Shown in pieces: positions 27,939 through 41,725 of a DNA stretch of 64,000 nucleotides. Both the position numbers and the translations under genes were made by a program. The DNA lies in assembly GCA_951406725.2 (NCBI GenBank), contig OX597818.1:51460001-51524000 (forward strand), given 5' to 3'. The notes beneath the pieces are model-generated. The model saw nothing but the letters and a program-made list of their open reading frames with translations, had not been told where the DNA came from and did not search any database. The stretch's first letter is position 1, and each line of letters starts with the position of its first letter. Source of the stretch: Octopus vulgaris. Lineage: Eukaryota.

Positions 27939-29607
27939 CGATCACAACAGCCGCCTGGGCAGGGGTTTCAGTAACATCGCTCGTCGGGGGACTGGATTCA
28001 AACTCGTATATTCGATCAGTAGCCATGTGATGGCGTCGAGTGTTCTTGGCAGTTTTGCCAGACTCAATCGTTTGAACAGGTCCAGAGCCGGAAGTAGCAG
28101 TCAGTAAGTTACTACTAGTATTGTTACTAGTATTGCTACCAATAGCTGCCGCGTTTGTACTGAAGCCCATCTGGCTATTATTACTATGAATATTACTGTT
28201 GTTGTTACTGCTATTAGTAGTTGTATTGCTGTTGTTGCTCATGATGGTCGAGTTGCCATCTGGAAGGCAAGTTTTCAGGTTGTTTAACGAAGAGATCCCT
28301 GTGCCATGGCTGTGATTATTATTATTGTTGTTGTTATTACTGTTGTTGTTGTTGTTATTATTACTACTAACACTACTACTACCAGTACCACTGCTGATGA
28401 TACCGGTGGAAGAGGTGGTGTTAGCAAGAGCAGTAGTTGTGGTCATGGCATGTGGGTTGGCAGCGTTCGGACAAGGAAGGTTGCTGTTTGGGGGCAACGG
28501 CATCATAGAAACCGACGAGGTCGACGACGGAACCGGCGAATTTGAGGACTTGATCGAGCAGAGACTGTGCAGGCGTGAAGCTAACACGTCGTTCCTCAAA
28601 CCCAACGGATGGTGGAAGGAAACACTCGAAGGAGACGTCCCCATGTTGCAAGGGGACATCATCATCATACCTTTGTTGCCCGCCATACTACTGTTGCTAT
28701 TGTTTGTGGGGCTGTTGTTGCCGAGGCCCATGTTTGCCACACCAGTGGTCAACGAAGTGCTGGCTGAACTGGTCACATTCATACTGTTGTTAGTGGGTAA
28801 TCGTCGGCAGTTAAGGTTGCCAGCTGCAGAACTGCTGCTGCCGCCGCTGATGTTGTTGTTGGTAATAGTAGTAGTAGTAGAATTATTTATGTTGTTGTTA
28901 TTATTATTTGTAGTGTTGTTGTTGTCTGCGAGCAATCCAGTATTGTTCACCGAAGAGGAGAGGTGACGATGATGTGGTTGTTGTTGATGATGCTGATGAT
29001 GCTGCTGCTGCTGTTGTTGCTGCTGTTGCTGGCGGTGAATCTGTAGATGCTGCTGTTGCTGGCGGTGGTGGTGATGGTGGTGCAGATTAGATCCGCTATT
29101 CACATTGTTACTGCTTGTTGCTGATTTCTGGACAGCAGACAGTAATGGCCGAGAGAGCAAATTGCTCGATGGCTGGGATGTCGAGGAAAGAGAAGAAATA
29201 GGAGTGGAGGTAGTGGAAGTAGGCGAAATAATGGAAGTAGCACAAAGCGATGAGTTCGGGGGGAGCACGGGATGAGAAGCTACGTTACTATTACTGTTAT
29301 TAATATTATTACTCTTGCTGTTGTTGTTGCTGTTATTATTATTATTATTATTACTTCTGTCAGCTACTGCTGACGGTAACATCGTCGATGGTAATGATCC
29401 GGCAGATGATGGAGATGTCAGAGAGGTAACTGGGGGCGATGAGGATGAAACCATGGCCGCCGACGATGGTGGCCCAGTTGTGGCGAAATGTGCAGTCTTG
29501 TGCATGTAAAATTGCGACCGCTTGTGTTTATAACGCTTTTTGCGATCCTCATTGAAGTCGAACACTCCGACAGTCGACCGTTTGTTCCAAGAACCGCGAC
29601 CTGACAT
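27939..29607 (-). CDS. First coding exon (556 codons + 1 nt, phase 1) of an unidentified, probably nuclear protein with a long N/S/Q/H low-complexity region
   Basis: 561-codon ORF. ATG at 29607-29605 in a CAACA-ATG context, with an in-frame TGA 9 nt upstream. Canonical donor ATCG|GTAAGT (intron starts 27938). N-terminus MSGRGSWNKRSTVGVFDFNEDRKKRYKHKR contains a basic NLS-like stretch. The homopolymer repeats are trinucleotide and keep the frame. Confidence 0.88.
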
Positions 29608-29888
29608 TGTTGATCAGCCGTTCTGGTAGTTTTTAGGTAGTCCTTTCCACGTATCGTCCTTGTAAAAAACAAAATCTCTTTTGGCCTACTAGCAATATAA
29701 TAATATATATGTATCAATTATACATAGAGACACACATTTAAACAGCAATCTGATTTAGTTTTTCTTTCCTTTCGCGATCTCAGTTACAGAAGCACTGAAA
29801 TCTTTTGTTTATAAATTGGTTCCATAACAGGTACTCCATTAAGCAAGTTTTTTTTGTTTTTTTTTTCTTTGAGGGAGAAAGGGAGGAG

Positions 29889-29919
<31 letters not shown>

Positions 29920-31779
29920 GTTTTAGGTAAACAGTGTATAAATATAAATATAAAACGATTAATAAACAAAAGTATGTAGAAAAAAACAATTTGAAAAAAA
30001 AAATCTTTCAGTGATTATAATAGTACGAAAGCGTGAGTGTATGTAAATACAAACATTTGTATACAGATGTCGATTGTTTGTTTCCAGTGTATAATTTTTT
30101 TAAAAGCGCGGCTTTTAATAAAAAAATAAGTCTTCTTCTCATTCACTCACACACTTTTCCCATTATTGTGCGGTGGGTTATTTAGGAAATATAGGAAATG
30201 GATTAAGTATCATCTCTGGAAGGTTTTCTGGCCATCTGCACATGAAATTTACACGCACACATTTAAGAACATTATTAATATGCATAGATTGAAAAGCAAG
30301 GGATAAATGTTTGCACGAGTAACATTATATACATGTACGTGTATATATATTATATATATATATGTGTGTGTGTGTGTTTGTATGAACGATGTATAAAGGA
30401 AGCAATGTGTCCGGAGATTTATAAAAATTAAGTTAGAAAGATGCAGACAGAGAGAGAGAGAGAGACAAGAGAGAAATTAATTACTGTAGGTTATACGATT
30501 ACCAACTGATCAGCCAGATGTAGGGGGTTCGAATCAAAGCATGGATCTGCTTAAATCAAATTTCTTGTAACCATTGCCAGGATAAAGTTAATTCTTTTGT
30601 TGTTGGAATCACATATAATTGACCACTGCTTGCCATTTATGCCTTGTTTTTTTTCTTTTTCTCTAACTAGGTTTCTTCCACTCCATACAACATTAGAAAT
30701 TGTTCCAAGAATTGTAGCGAATATTTAAGTTCTTTTTCTTTGGTTTCTTGTATATTCAGTGGTTTGTTTGTTTGTCATTGAGCAATTGTATACAAAGATT
30801 TGTTTTAAATCAATAAGTTAGTTACAAGACAAAAACAAAGCAATATATGAGGTGTAGGTGTATAACGTATATATGTGCATGTGCGTGTATATATGTATAT
30901 ATATATATATAATGTATATAATTAAATTAAATGGCTTGTTTAATGAATAAAAATTAGCATGGCATTATAATGTTTCATCATTATTTTAACACATATATAT
31001 ATACAATTTATATAACATATATGTATAAAAATATATGCATGTATGGACCGAACTGTAATCAACATATAACGGTATGCGTGCACGTTGACAATGAAACTGT
31101 AAAAAAGAAAGAGAGGAATAAGTACTAGGGTGTCCTATGGCCAAACAGCCTGACTACAAAGAACTTAAAAAAGCAGAAATGATTATTATTATTATTATGA
31201 TGATTGTGGTTTTATGGAAGGTGATGGTAGAGTTTGATTTTAGTACGTCACATCAATAGCTTTGGTGCCGTGTGACTCTGGCTAAAGATGTGAACGGTTT
31301 TATCTAATCAATATGTGATGAAGAGAGACTGGAATAATAATAATAATAATAATGATAATAATGATGATGATGATGATAGTGATAGTGATGATGATGGTGA
31401 TTGCTGTCACAGTGGGTTCTTTGAGGAGCCAAAAGTAAAATGGGAAGCAAAAATAAAATTAGGAAAGAGGTGAAAGAAAAAAAGAGAAGAAACTGGGGAA
31501 GAAGAAAAATCCTGTTTTTCCGATTTTCTTGGAGAATGTAAGATGTAGAATGTGTGTGATGACAAACAAGCCCAAAAATAAAAAAGGATCCGTCCATAAA
31601 TATTTATATATACAGAAAGTGAGACGATCGTGTGTGTGTGAAGACGTGTGGAGGTATATATATAGATAGAAGGATAAATATGTATATCTATCTATCTATC
31701 TATGGATATATATATATTGTATGTATATATGTGTGTATATAAATGTTTTTGGTGGCCTGGTACAAGAAGTTAGGTGTTA

Positions 31780-32950
31780 GATCGTAATGGCGGTCGAGCC
31801 AGGGTACGGAGACAAGGAAGGAAAGAAGAAAGCAGAGAGGAGTGGGAGTAGGAGGAAAAGAAAAGAGAGAGAGGTGTGGGATGGAGAGAAGGAAGAAGAA
31901 GAAGAAGAAAGTAAAGAGGGAGTAGGAGTTGGAGGAAAAGAAGAGAGAGAGAGGTGGGGTGGATAGAAGGAAGAAGAAGAAAGTAAAGACGGAGTAGGAG
32001 TTGGAGGAAAAGAAGAGAGAGAGAAGTGGGGTGGATAGAAGGAAGAAGAAGAAAGTAAAGAGGGAGTAGGAGGAAAAGAAAAGAGAGAGAGGTAGGAGAG
32101 AAGGAAGAAGAAGAAATTAAAGAAGAATAGGAGGAAAAGAAAAGAGAGAGGTAGGATGGATAGAAGGAAGAAGAAAGTAAAGAGGAGTAGGAAGAAAAGA
32201 AAAGAGAAAGAGAGGTAGGATGGATAGAAGGAAGAAGAGGAAAAGAAATACGTGATTTAATAAAAGGAGGAACAGTAGGAGAAGGAAAAGGGAGGTAAGA
32301 TGGATAGCAGAAGAAAGAAGGAAAGGAATAAGACCTCCGTCTCTTTCCCCGCCTTTTATTAATTTCCTTTTTTTCTTTTTCCTTCTTCTCTCCATCTTAC
32401 CTCCTTTTTTTCTCCTCTTTTTCTCTTTTATTGAATCTCATTCCTTCCCTTTTTCCTTCTTTCTTCTCTCCATTTTATTTCCCTTTTCTCTTCTTTTCCC
32501 TCTTTTATTGAATCTCATTTCTTTCCTTTTTCCTTCTTTCTTCTCTCCATCTTATCTCCCTTTTCTCCTTCCTCTTTTTCTCTTTTATTGAATCTCATTC
32601 CTTCCCTTTTTCCTTCTTTCTTCCATCCATCCATCTTACCGACCCTCCTCCTCCCCCCCTTTTAATTGATTCACTTATTTCTTTCCTTTTTTTCTTCTAT
32701 CTATCCGATCTCCTTCTTTTATCCTACTTTATTTGATTCACTTATTTCTTTCCTTCTTCTTTTTGAAGAAAAGAAGGAGGTAAGACAGATAGAAAGAAAG
32801 AAGGAAAGAAACTACTGAATGAATAAAGGGAGGAGGGGGGAACAGAGGTGGAGGGGCAATTATTTGTGAGAGAATAAAGAGAATTGCCAAGCCTCGTTTT
32901 TGATATCTCTTCCGGTCTTATTTCCGAAATACCCAACTTCCTGTTCACGC
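31780..32950 (-). promoter_or_regulatory. Putative promoter/TSS region of the minus-strand gene
   Basis: YY1-like AATGGCGG at 31786-31793; ETS-like CTTCCGG at 32909-32915 and ACTTCCTG at 32936-32943. 29.6-32.95 kb has no recognisable SINE copies, unlike the rest of the window. Confidence 0.4.
31815..32765. repeat. Degenerate polypurine tandem repeat (31815-32330) followed by a polypyrimidine tandem repeat (32340-32765)
   Basis: ~55-65 bp GA-rich units (GGATAGAAGGAAGAAGAAGAAAGTAAAGAGGGAGTAGGAG...), then CT-rich units (TTGAATCTCATTCCTTCCCTTTTTCCTTCTTTC...). Confidence 0.85.
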
Positions 32951-33175
32951 TACTTTTGTTGTTGTTTATTTTCTTTTAGCTTCTTCTATCTCTGTCAGGC
33001 ATTGAACTGCGGCCATGCTGGGGCACCGCCTCGAAGAGCTGAATGAATCGACTCAGTACTTATTTTTTTTTAAAGCTTGCTACTTACCCCATCGGGTCCT
33101 TTTTGCCGAATTGCTAAGTGACGGGGTATAAACAAACCAACACCGGTTTTCAAGCGGTGGTAGGTGGGGGGTCAG

Positions 33176-33212
<37 letters not shown>

Positions 33213-35284
33213 CGGGCTTCTTTCAGTTTCCATCTACCAAATCCCTTCACATGCAGTGGGATTGAACCCGAAACCATGTGAAGCAAATTTCTCCATACGG
33301 CCACGCCTGTACTTACATGATCAAATTTTTTCCACCACTACCACCACCACAGCAAAAAAACCACCTCGCGTCCTTTCCGACACTGTGCATCGAGGATGAC
33401 ACTATCCGGTGTGTCCTTCTCTAATTTGAGGGAGATCTAGGGGTCACGTTGTGGCTCTTTTGTTGGCTCAATGAAACGTTAGCGCGCCGGGCGAAATGCT
33501 TAGCGATATTTCGTCTGCCGTTACGTTCTGAGTTCGAATTCCGCCGAGGTCAACAGTGCCTTTCATCCTTTCGGGGTCGATAAATTAAGTACCAGTCACG
33601 CACTGGGGTCGATATAATCGACTTAATCCGTTTGTCCTCTCTGTGTTTAGCCCCTTGTGGGTAGTAAAGAAATAGGTATTTCTTTTGCGGTTACGTTCTG
33701 AGTTCAAATTCCGCCGAGGTCGACTTTGCCTTTCATCGTTTTAGGGTCGATTAAATAAGTACCAGTTACACACTGGGGTCGATGTAATCGACTTAATCCG
33801 TTTGTCTGTCCTTGTTTGTCCTCTCTGTGTTTAGCCCCTTGTGGGTAGTAAAGAAATAGATATTTTTTATTGCTGTTTTCTGACCACTTTAACTTCCAGC
33901 TCTGTCTGTTGAACAGACCCTGCAATGAAGGCTGTATTGTGTACTATTTTAAGCTGCACAAAAGAAAAAGGGAGAAAAATGTGAAAGAACCTAAAATGAA
34001 AACCTGGAAGACAACAATAAAATTTTTAAAAAAATGTAAGTGTTATACCTTTTGTCATACATGTTTCAGTCATTAGGTTGCGGCCATGCTGGGGCACCAT
34101 CATCTCGGATTTTGGGCGAACAAATTGACCTCAGTACTTATTTTTAAAAGCCTGCTACTTATTCTATCGGGACTTTTTTTTGCCGAACTGCCAAGTTATG
34201 GGGACGTAAACAAACCAACACCGGTTGTGGAGCTATGGTGGGGGGACAAACACAAACATAGACACCACACACACATGATAGTCTTCTTTCAGTTGCCATC
34301 TACCAAACTCACTCACAAGGCTTTGGTCGGCCTTAGGCTAAAGTAGAAGACACTTGCTACAAAGTAGGACTGAACCCAGAACTATGTGGTTGGTAAGCAA
34401 GCTACTCACCACACAGCCACTTCTGCACCTACATATACAGATAAAAGTTATATAAAATGATGTAACATCATAAAGCAATACAAAATTATTCCTTGTCTTC
34501 CATATAGGTTCGTTTAACGTCCATTTTCCATGCTAGCACGGGTTGGACGGTTCGACCGGGGTCTAGGAAACCAGGAGGCTGCACCAGGCTCCAATCTGAT
34601 CTGTGTTTCTACAGATGGATGCCCTTCCTAACGCCAACCACTCTGTGTGTGTAGTGGGTGCTTTTTATGTGCCACCAGTACAGGTGCCAGAGGAGGCTAG
34701 CAGCAGCTACAGTCGGTTGGTGCTTTCTGCATGCCACCGCCACAGAAGCCAGACAAAGTGGCGCTGGCGTCAGTTACATTCAGATTGTGCTTTTTACATG
34801 CCACCGGTAGGTGCTGGCATTGGCCATGTTCTGATGGTGTTTTTTACGTGCCACCGGCACAGGTATCACAACCTCAATTTCCATTTGATATTTATTTTGA
34901 TGTTGATGTACTTGACTCAATAGGTCTCCTCAAGCACAGCAGGTCACTCTACGATCCAAGGTAAGCACATCAGGTTGTTCTTTTATCCAAGGTACTTTGG
35001 ATGGGCTGGGGCAATGCGAAACTGGTGCAGGAAACAGCCATGAACTTACATTATTTGTTGGGATAGACATGCACACATACACACACACACGTATGTGAGT
35101 GTGCATCTAACATGTAAATGGCACCTGTGAAGGTGGCACTTAAAAGCACCCATTACACTCCTGGAGTGGTTGGCATTAGGAAGGTCAACCATGCCAAATC
35201 AGACTGGAACCTGGTGCAGTTCTGACTTATCAGCTCTAGTCAAACTGTCTCACCCATGCCAGCATGGTAAGTGTATGATGATGA

Positions 35285-36050
35285 GGATCCTGGAAAATCA
35301 ATGAGGGCCATCACTGAAGAACTTTGGGTGTTGGATTGGCCCGTCAAAACTGAGGTGCATGAGAGCATTCGCTGAAAGTCTTATGTACTAAGCAGAGGCC
35401 AATTCATGTCTGTAAAGACAGGGAAAACCATTTGATCTGTATCAAGTGGTTACTTTACTAAACATGGTTATAAACCCTAATGAACATGCTATACTTTGGT
35501 TCTCCAAAGAGAAAAAACTTCAACCAAGACCAAAAGTTTACTAGGAGAAATGACAGTTGGTTACATGTGGATCTTTCTGATATCTCCAGATTGATACACT
35601 GTAAGTTTCCAGCAACCATAATGGTTTTAGGAGTGGTGAGTAATGAAGGTTGGATCTTAGAATTAATGCTTTTAGACATGCTGTGGTGTTAAAGGCAATT
35701 GTTAAGCCTTGGATAGATGAAGTACATAGTAGAAGTCCACATGTATTTCAACAAGATTCTGCACCTTCTCACAAAGCCTACATAAATTTCTGGTCTTCAG
35801 CCTCACCAGATTTAAATCCCATGGACAACTTTTGGATCATTGTTGGAGTCAACATTCTCACCATACCAGAGCATCACCGAAGGCTGCCATTGTCAAGGTG
35901 ACGTCTGGAATGAACAAGTACCGTTTAGTGTGTAGGCACATCATTGATTCTGATCCTGCATTAAAACAGTATCAGACCTGAAGGTGGATTCTTTGAATAA
36001 TCTTATTAGAAAGTTTATTAGAAACACATGCACTAATTTTGATTAAACTA
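35285..36050 (+). mobile_element. Degenerate Tc1/mariner-superfamily transposase (maT/DD37D-like)
   Basis: KNFNQDQKFTRRNDSW, KFPATIMVLGVVSNEG, VFQQDSAPSHKA and WSSASPDLNPMDNFW in shifted frames. Confidence 0.8.
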
Positions 36051-38119
36051 CAGTTAGTTTTTGCTGTGGAGGCACATGGCCTAGTGGTTAGAGCAGTGGA
36101 CTCGCGGGTTCAAATCTCAGACTGGGCGATGTTTGTGTTTATGAGCGAAACACCTAAGCTCCACGCAGCTCCGGCAGAAGGTAAATGGCAAACTTCTGCT
36201 GACTCTTCCGCCACAACTTTCTCTCACTCTTTCCTCCTGCATCTTGCAGCTCACCTGTGACGGACTGGCGCCCCATCCAGGTGGGGAGCCTATACGCCAA
36301 GGAAACCGGGAAACCAGCCCTTATGAACCAGGCATGGCTCGAGAAGGAACAAACAATAGTTTTTGCTAGATTCAAGCTGCTTTTTCAAATTACCTAATAC
36401 ATTCTCAAACACTTCTCACATCCTGTATATATATTTCATACATACATACTGATCACTCCATCTTCACTGATGATTGCTGTCTCTCTAATCTTCCTTGTTG
36501 TCAATGGCATATCTGACATTCCATCTTTGACCTCTCCACTGACTATTCAATCCTGCTGCAGATCTGCATGGTGTGAAGCATAGGTGAAAGATGGAAGTTG
36601 TAACTTTCACTGGATTGACCAGATCACTCTGTGAAAAGTGACCCCTGTGTAGTGCCATATGTCTCTCCAGACCTAAAATTGACTTACACCTCTTTCATAC
36701 ACTTCACACAACAAATTACTTGGTCTTTGATCTCTAATGGGACTGCAGGTGACTGACATACACAGCCTTGGAAAGGAGTATATGGCCACCCATTTCACAC
36801 CTTCAATATTTTATGTTCTCATTAAAATTCCAATGACAACCAACCAAAGCCAGTGCTTTAGGCTTTTGTGCTCAAGGCAACCCTCTTCAGAAGTTTTACA
36901 CCCATCCCATAAACACTTCCTTCACTCAGCTCTTTCTGAATACAGGTACTACTCATTTTTGCCAGCTGAGTGGACTGGAGGTACATGAAATAAAGTGTCT
37001 TGCTCAAGGACACAACACGTCGCCGAGAATTGAACTCCCGACCTTACAATCATGAACCGAATGCCCCTAAACACAAAGCCACATGCCTTCAAACCCCCAA
37101 ATTAGTGGTTCCTTATACACTAGGGTTCCTTATACACATTATAATATGGTACATATATGAGAAATTATGATAAATACAAGTTCATATAATTTGTTCTCTA
37201 CACATGTTTCACCATTGTGGTTGTTTGGAACTCTGCATTGGATGTCCTAAGTGCAATCAAATGCTCAACTACAACAGATCACCAGGGGGAGACTTTATTG
37301 CATTATGTTACAAACTCATCATCATCATCATCATCATTTAACGTCCGTTTTCCATGCTAGCATGGGCTGTAGAGTTCAACTGGGGTCTGGGAAGCCAGGA
37401 GCTGCACCAGGCTCCGGTCTGATCTGGCAGTGTTTCTACAGCTGGATGTCCTTCCTAATGCCAACCACTCCGTGAGTGTAGTGGGTGCTTTTTATGTACC
37501 ATGGCATGGGGGCCAGGGGAGGCTGTCAATGGCCATGAATGGCTGGTGCTTTTTACGTGCCACTGGCACGGAAGCCAGTCAAGGCGGTGCTGGCATCAGC
37601 CTTGTTCAAATGATGCTTTTTACGTGCCACCGGTACAGGTATCACAACTACAATTTCCATTTGATTTTTATTTGATGTTGATATACTTGACTCAATAGGT
37701 CTCCTCAAGCACAGCAGGTCACCCTATGATCCAAGGTAAGCACAGTAGGCCGTCCTGTGATCCAAGGTACTTTGGATGGGCTGGGGCTGCTATGGAATGA
37801 AAAAGTACTTTTTTTGTGTTGTGGGAGGATTCTGACCACCCCTCAAATAACTAAAAGGTGGACTGACTCATTGTTATAAAACAAAGAACTGTGTGAAATT
37901 AGCAGTTCATATTGGTAGCAGTCACTGTCAGCCTTTGATATAGATTGTTGAGTCTTGTGTAATATTAATAGCAGTGTGTTGTGTATATAGTTCTGTATTA
38001 TCATATATCCAATACAAGGATATAAAAATTTGAAATATAAGGGCTGGTGACAGGAAGAGTACCAGGGCTGTTGAAATCTACCCTAAAGTCCAACCCCTCC
38101 TCAAAGCGGTAGGGTGGTG

Positions 38120-38424
38120 TAAACGGGCAGTGTCAGAGCTATGCCGTCAGGAACTTCAGTTGCTGGTAGGGCCTCTCAAGGCAAATTGGTCTGGCACCAA
38201 GAGGCGTCTGATCGGCAACCGGCGGCTTCATGGTCGTTCTGTCCATACGTCTGTAGAGACTCCGTGGCAAACAGGGCGTCCCATCACTTGGAATATGCAT
38301 GTGGGATGTCGAGGACCACTTATGAATTCAATATTCCCACAAAACTTCTATGAATCTGTCAGGACCAGAAAAGAAGCTGGCTCGACCCGCCCTGGGTGAA
38401 TGCCGTCACAAGTAAGTAAGTAAA
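38120..38424 (+). mobile_element. RTE-type LINE 3' end
   Basis: Ends EAGSTRPG* then ATGCCGTCAC and an (AAGT)n tail; similar to the terminus at 22440-22497. Confidence 0.65.
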
Positions 38425-39194
38425 TCTACCTCAATAAAGTTTCATCTAACCCATACTAACATGAAGAAAATGGATGTAAAAATACTGCTGCTACTGCAGC
38501 TGATGATGATGATGATGATGACGATGATGATGTTGACAGTAGTGAGGTATTTTATCAAAGGCCACTGCTTGTTACCTAAGAACCTATTTCTTTACTACCC
38601 ATAAGGGGCTAAACACAGAGAGGACTAACAAGGACAGACCAACGGATTAAGTCGATTATATTGACCCCAGTGCATAACTGGTACTGAATTTATCAATCCA
38701 GAAAAGATGAAAGGCAAAGTCGACCTCGGCGGAATTTGAACTCAGAACATAACAACAGACGAAATACGGCTATGCATTTCGCCCGGCGTGCTAACGTTTC
38801 TGCCAGCTTGCCGTGAGTTGCCACTGGCATGTGTGTCTAGGTCCACCTATATTAGTATCAGTCTAGCGTCTTACTTGTTCACCATTTCCTCTTTACTTGC
38901 ATGCACTCCTCACCCCCGAAATCATGCACACACATCTGTACACTCCCTTTTTGAGTTTTCTACTTGAGATTACAACAATCAAACCCTTTGAAAATCAACC
39001 CACTTGAGGTTGCACTTGGTTCTTTGATAAAAACTCTTTTTGTTTTAAAGTCATCTGGGTGCAAAAGGTTGTCAAAATTTTATGTTAATTTCTCTTCTAA
39101 ATACCAGTTTAAAGGAGTGGCAGTGTGGTAAGTAGCTTGCTTACCAACCACATGGTTCCAGGTTCACTCCCACTGCGTGACACCTTGGGCAAGT

Positions 39195-39497
39195 GTGGAG
39201 GCACATGGCCTAGTGGTTAGAGCATCGGACTCGCGGTTGAGGGGTCGCGGGTTTGAATCTCAGTCCGGGCAATGTGTGTGTTTATGAGCGAAACACCTAA
39301 GCTCCACGCGGCTCCGGCAGAAGGTAATGGTGAACTTCTGCTGACTCTTTTGCCACAACTTTCCCTCACTCTTTCCTCCTGCATCTTGCAGCTCACCTGC
39401 GACGGACCGGCGTCCCATCCAGGTGGGGAACCTATACGCCAAGGAAACCAGGAAACCGGCCCTTATGAGCCAAGCATTGCTCGAGAAGGAACAAACA
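39195..39497 (+). mobile_element. Family C SINE nested in a family B SINE
   Basis: TSD ACCTTGGGCAA at 39182-39192 and 39498-39508; the host SINE resumes after it. Confidence 0.85.
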
Positions 39498-39800
39498 ACC
39501 TTGGGCAAATGTCTTCTACTATAGCCTTGGGCTGACCAAAGACTTGTGAGTGGATTTGGTAGACAGAAACTGAAAGAAGCCCATCGTGTTTATAAACACC
39601 TGTAAGATATTTTCCCAATTTCTATTTCTGTATGTTATATATTTTAATAATTACTGGTATCTTTATATTATATATGTAAAGCATAATATGTTATACATGT
39701 ATGTATATTGTTGTAATTGTCATTTTAGTGAATAAATAAATAAATTGACATAATATAATGTCTAAAAGTTGATGAATACCACCTATTGATCCCCTCTATT

Positions 39801-39947
<147 letters not shown>

Positions 39948-41280
39948 ATATATATATGTATATATATATGTATATGTATATATGTATATATATATATATG
40001 TATATATATATATGTATATATATGTATATATATATATGTATATATATATGTATGTATTTGTTATTTGTGTCTGTGTGTTTGTGTCCTCCCACTATTGCTT
40101 GACAACCGATGTTGGTGTGTTTACGTCCCTATTACTTAGCAGTTCGTCAAAAAGTGACTGATAGTATAAGTAACTAGGCTTACAAAGAATAAGTCCTGGG
40201 GTCGATTTGTTCAACTAAAGGTGGTGCTCCAGCATGGCCGCAATCAAATGACTGAAACGAGTAAAACATTAAAAGACTATATGTCAAGGAATCAGGGCAG
40301 TGCCTGTGACCTTAGCTTGTCCCCTCATTCTGGTGAGATTGATTGTAGTTCAGTTCCTGATTGAATATCCGCAGTTCAATACCAGCAGGATAAACGTAGG
40401 TAGGGAAGGTCATAGGTGGGTGGGTCTTGACCAGATGTTAACAAAAAGGTAAGCATTGCTAAAGCCATTCAAAGATCAGGTGGTGGTGTTAAGCAGGGTG
40501 ACATGTTAGAGTTACCTCATAAAAGCCCTGATGAAGCCCAGAATCTCAAACAACATTTATTCTACCAAGATGGTCAAGAATATTTATCCCTACAGCACAT
40601 GAATAGTTAGCCCTTCACCATCTCAGCCAAGTCTTTGAATTCTAAATTAATTACCAATAAACAAACACTATCAGAATCAAGGTTGATTGATTCCATCTTG
40701 GGAATGCTATATAAAGTCCCCTTTGTGTGGCACCCTGGGTGATTGTCATCTATTATATATATATATTTCTTTACTGCCCACAAGAGGCTAAACACAGAGG
40801 GGACAAACAAGGACAGACAAAGGGATTAAGTTGATTATATCAACCCTAGTGTGAAACTGGTACTTTATTTATCGACCCTGAGAGGATGAAAGGCAAAGTC
40901 AACCTCGGCGGAATTTGAACTCAGAACGTAACGACAGACGAAATACTGTTAAGCATTTCGCCCGGCGCACTAACGTTTCTGCCATCTCGCCACCTTAATG
41001 TGTCATTTATTATATATTTCTTTATTGCTCACAAGGGGCTAAACACAGAGGGGACAAACAAGGACAGACAAATGGATTAAGTCGATTACATCACCGCCAG
41101 TGTGTAACTGGTACTTAATTTATCGACCCCGAAAGAATGAAAGGCAAAGTCGACCTCGGCGGAATTTGAACTCGGAACGTAACAACAGATAAAATACGGC
41201 CACGCATTTCGCCCGGCGTGCTAACGTTTCTGCCAGATCACTGCTGTCATCTATTATAGCCTTAGGTTGACCAAAGCTTT

Positions 41281-41725
41281 TGTAGTGACGCCTGGTTCCA
41301 GACGCCATTTTGGGATTTTCTTCCATGCATGCACAGGGATTAGAGCCTTCCGGAAGGCCTGTCGGAAGCCCCTTATGCGCATGCGCAGTCATCAGCAGCA
41401 GCTAGGCTTGACCACCATTCTCTCTCTTCGACCTCGGCTTCTGACCAGACAGGACACAACTTAGACCAGCTCCATGGAGCTGGAATTCTGACGGCGAGCG
41501 ACGTTACGAGTCTGTGAAGAATGCCTTCACAATTGTGATTAAACCGACTCTGCTGTTTCCACACCAAGGCAACTTGGCTACTGATTGTCCAGAGATGCAA
41601 CACTTGTATGGACAGAAAAATAAATATTGTTATTTGTTTGGAGATTCTTGTTTCCGCTATTTTCCTTTCCATGACTATGTAAGGAATTGTGAGGCACCCA
41701 TCCAGTGCCAACCTCACTTCCCACA
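41281..41725 (+). mobile_element. Solo LTR (Gypsy-type), 445 bp
   Basis: TGTAG...CCACA termini; 4-bp TSD CTTT (41277-41280 and 41726-41729); AATAAA near 41618. It cleanly interrupts a SINE (GACCAAAGCTTT|GTAAGTGGAT). Confidence 0.85.

Noticed and set aside
28325-28966. 213-aa plus-strand Leu-rich ORF resembling a membrane or signal-peptide protein
   Set aside because: Antisense shadow of the AAC/AAT (poly-N) codons of the real minus-strand exon.
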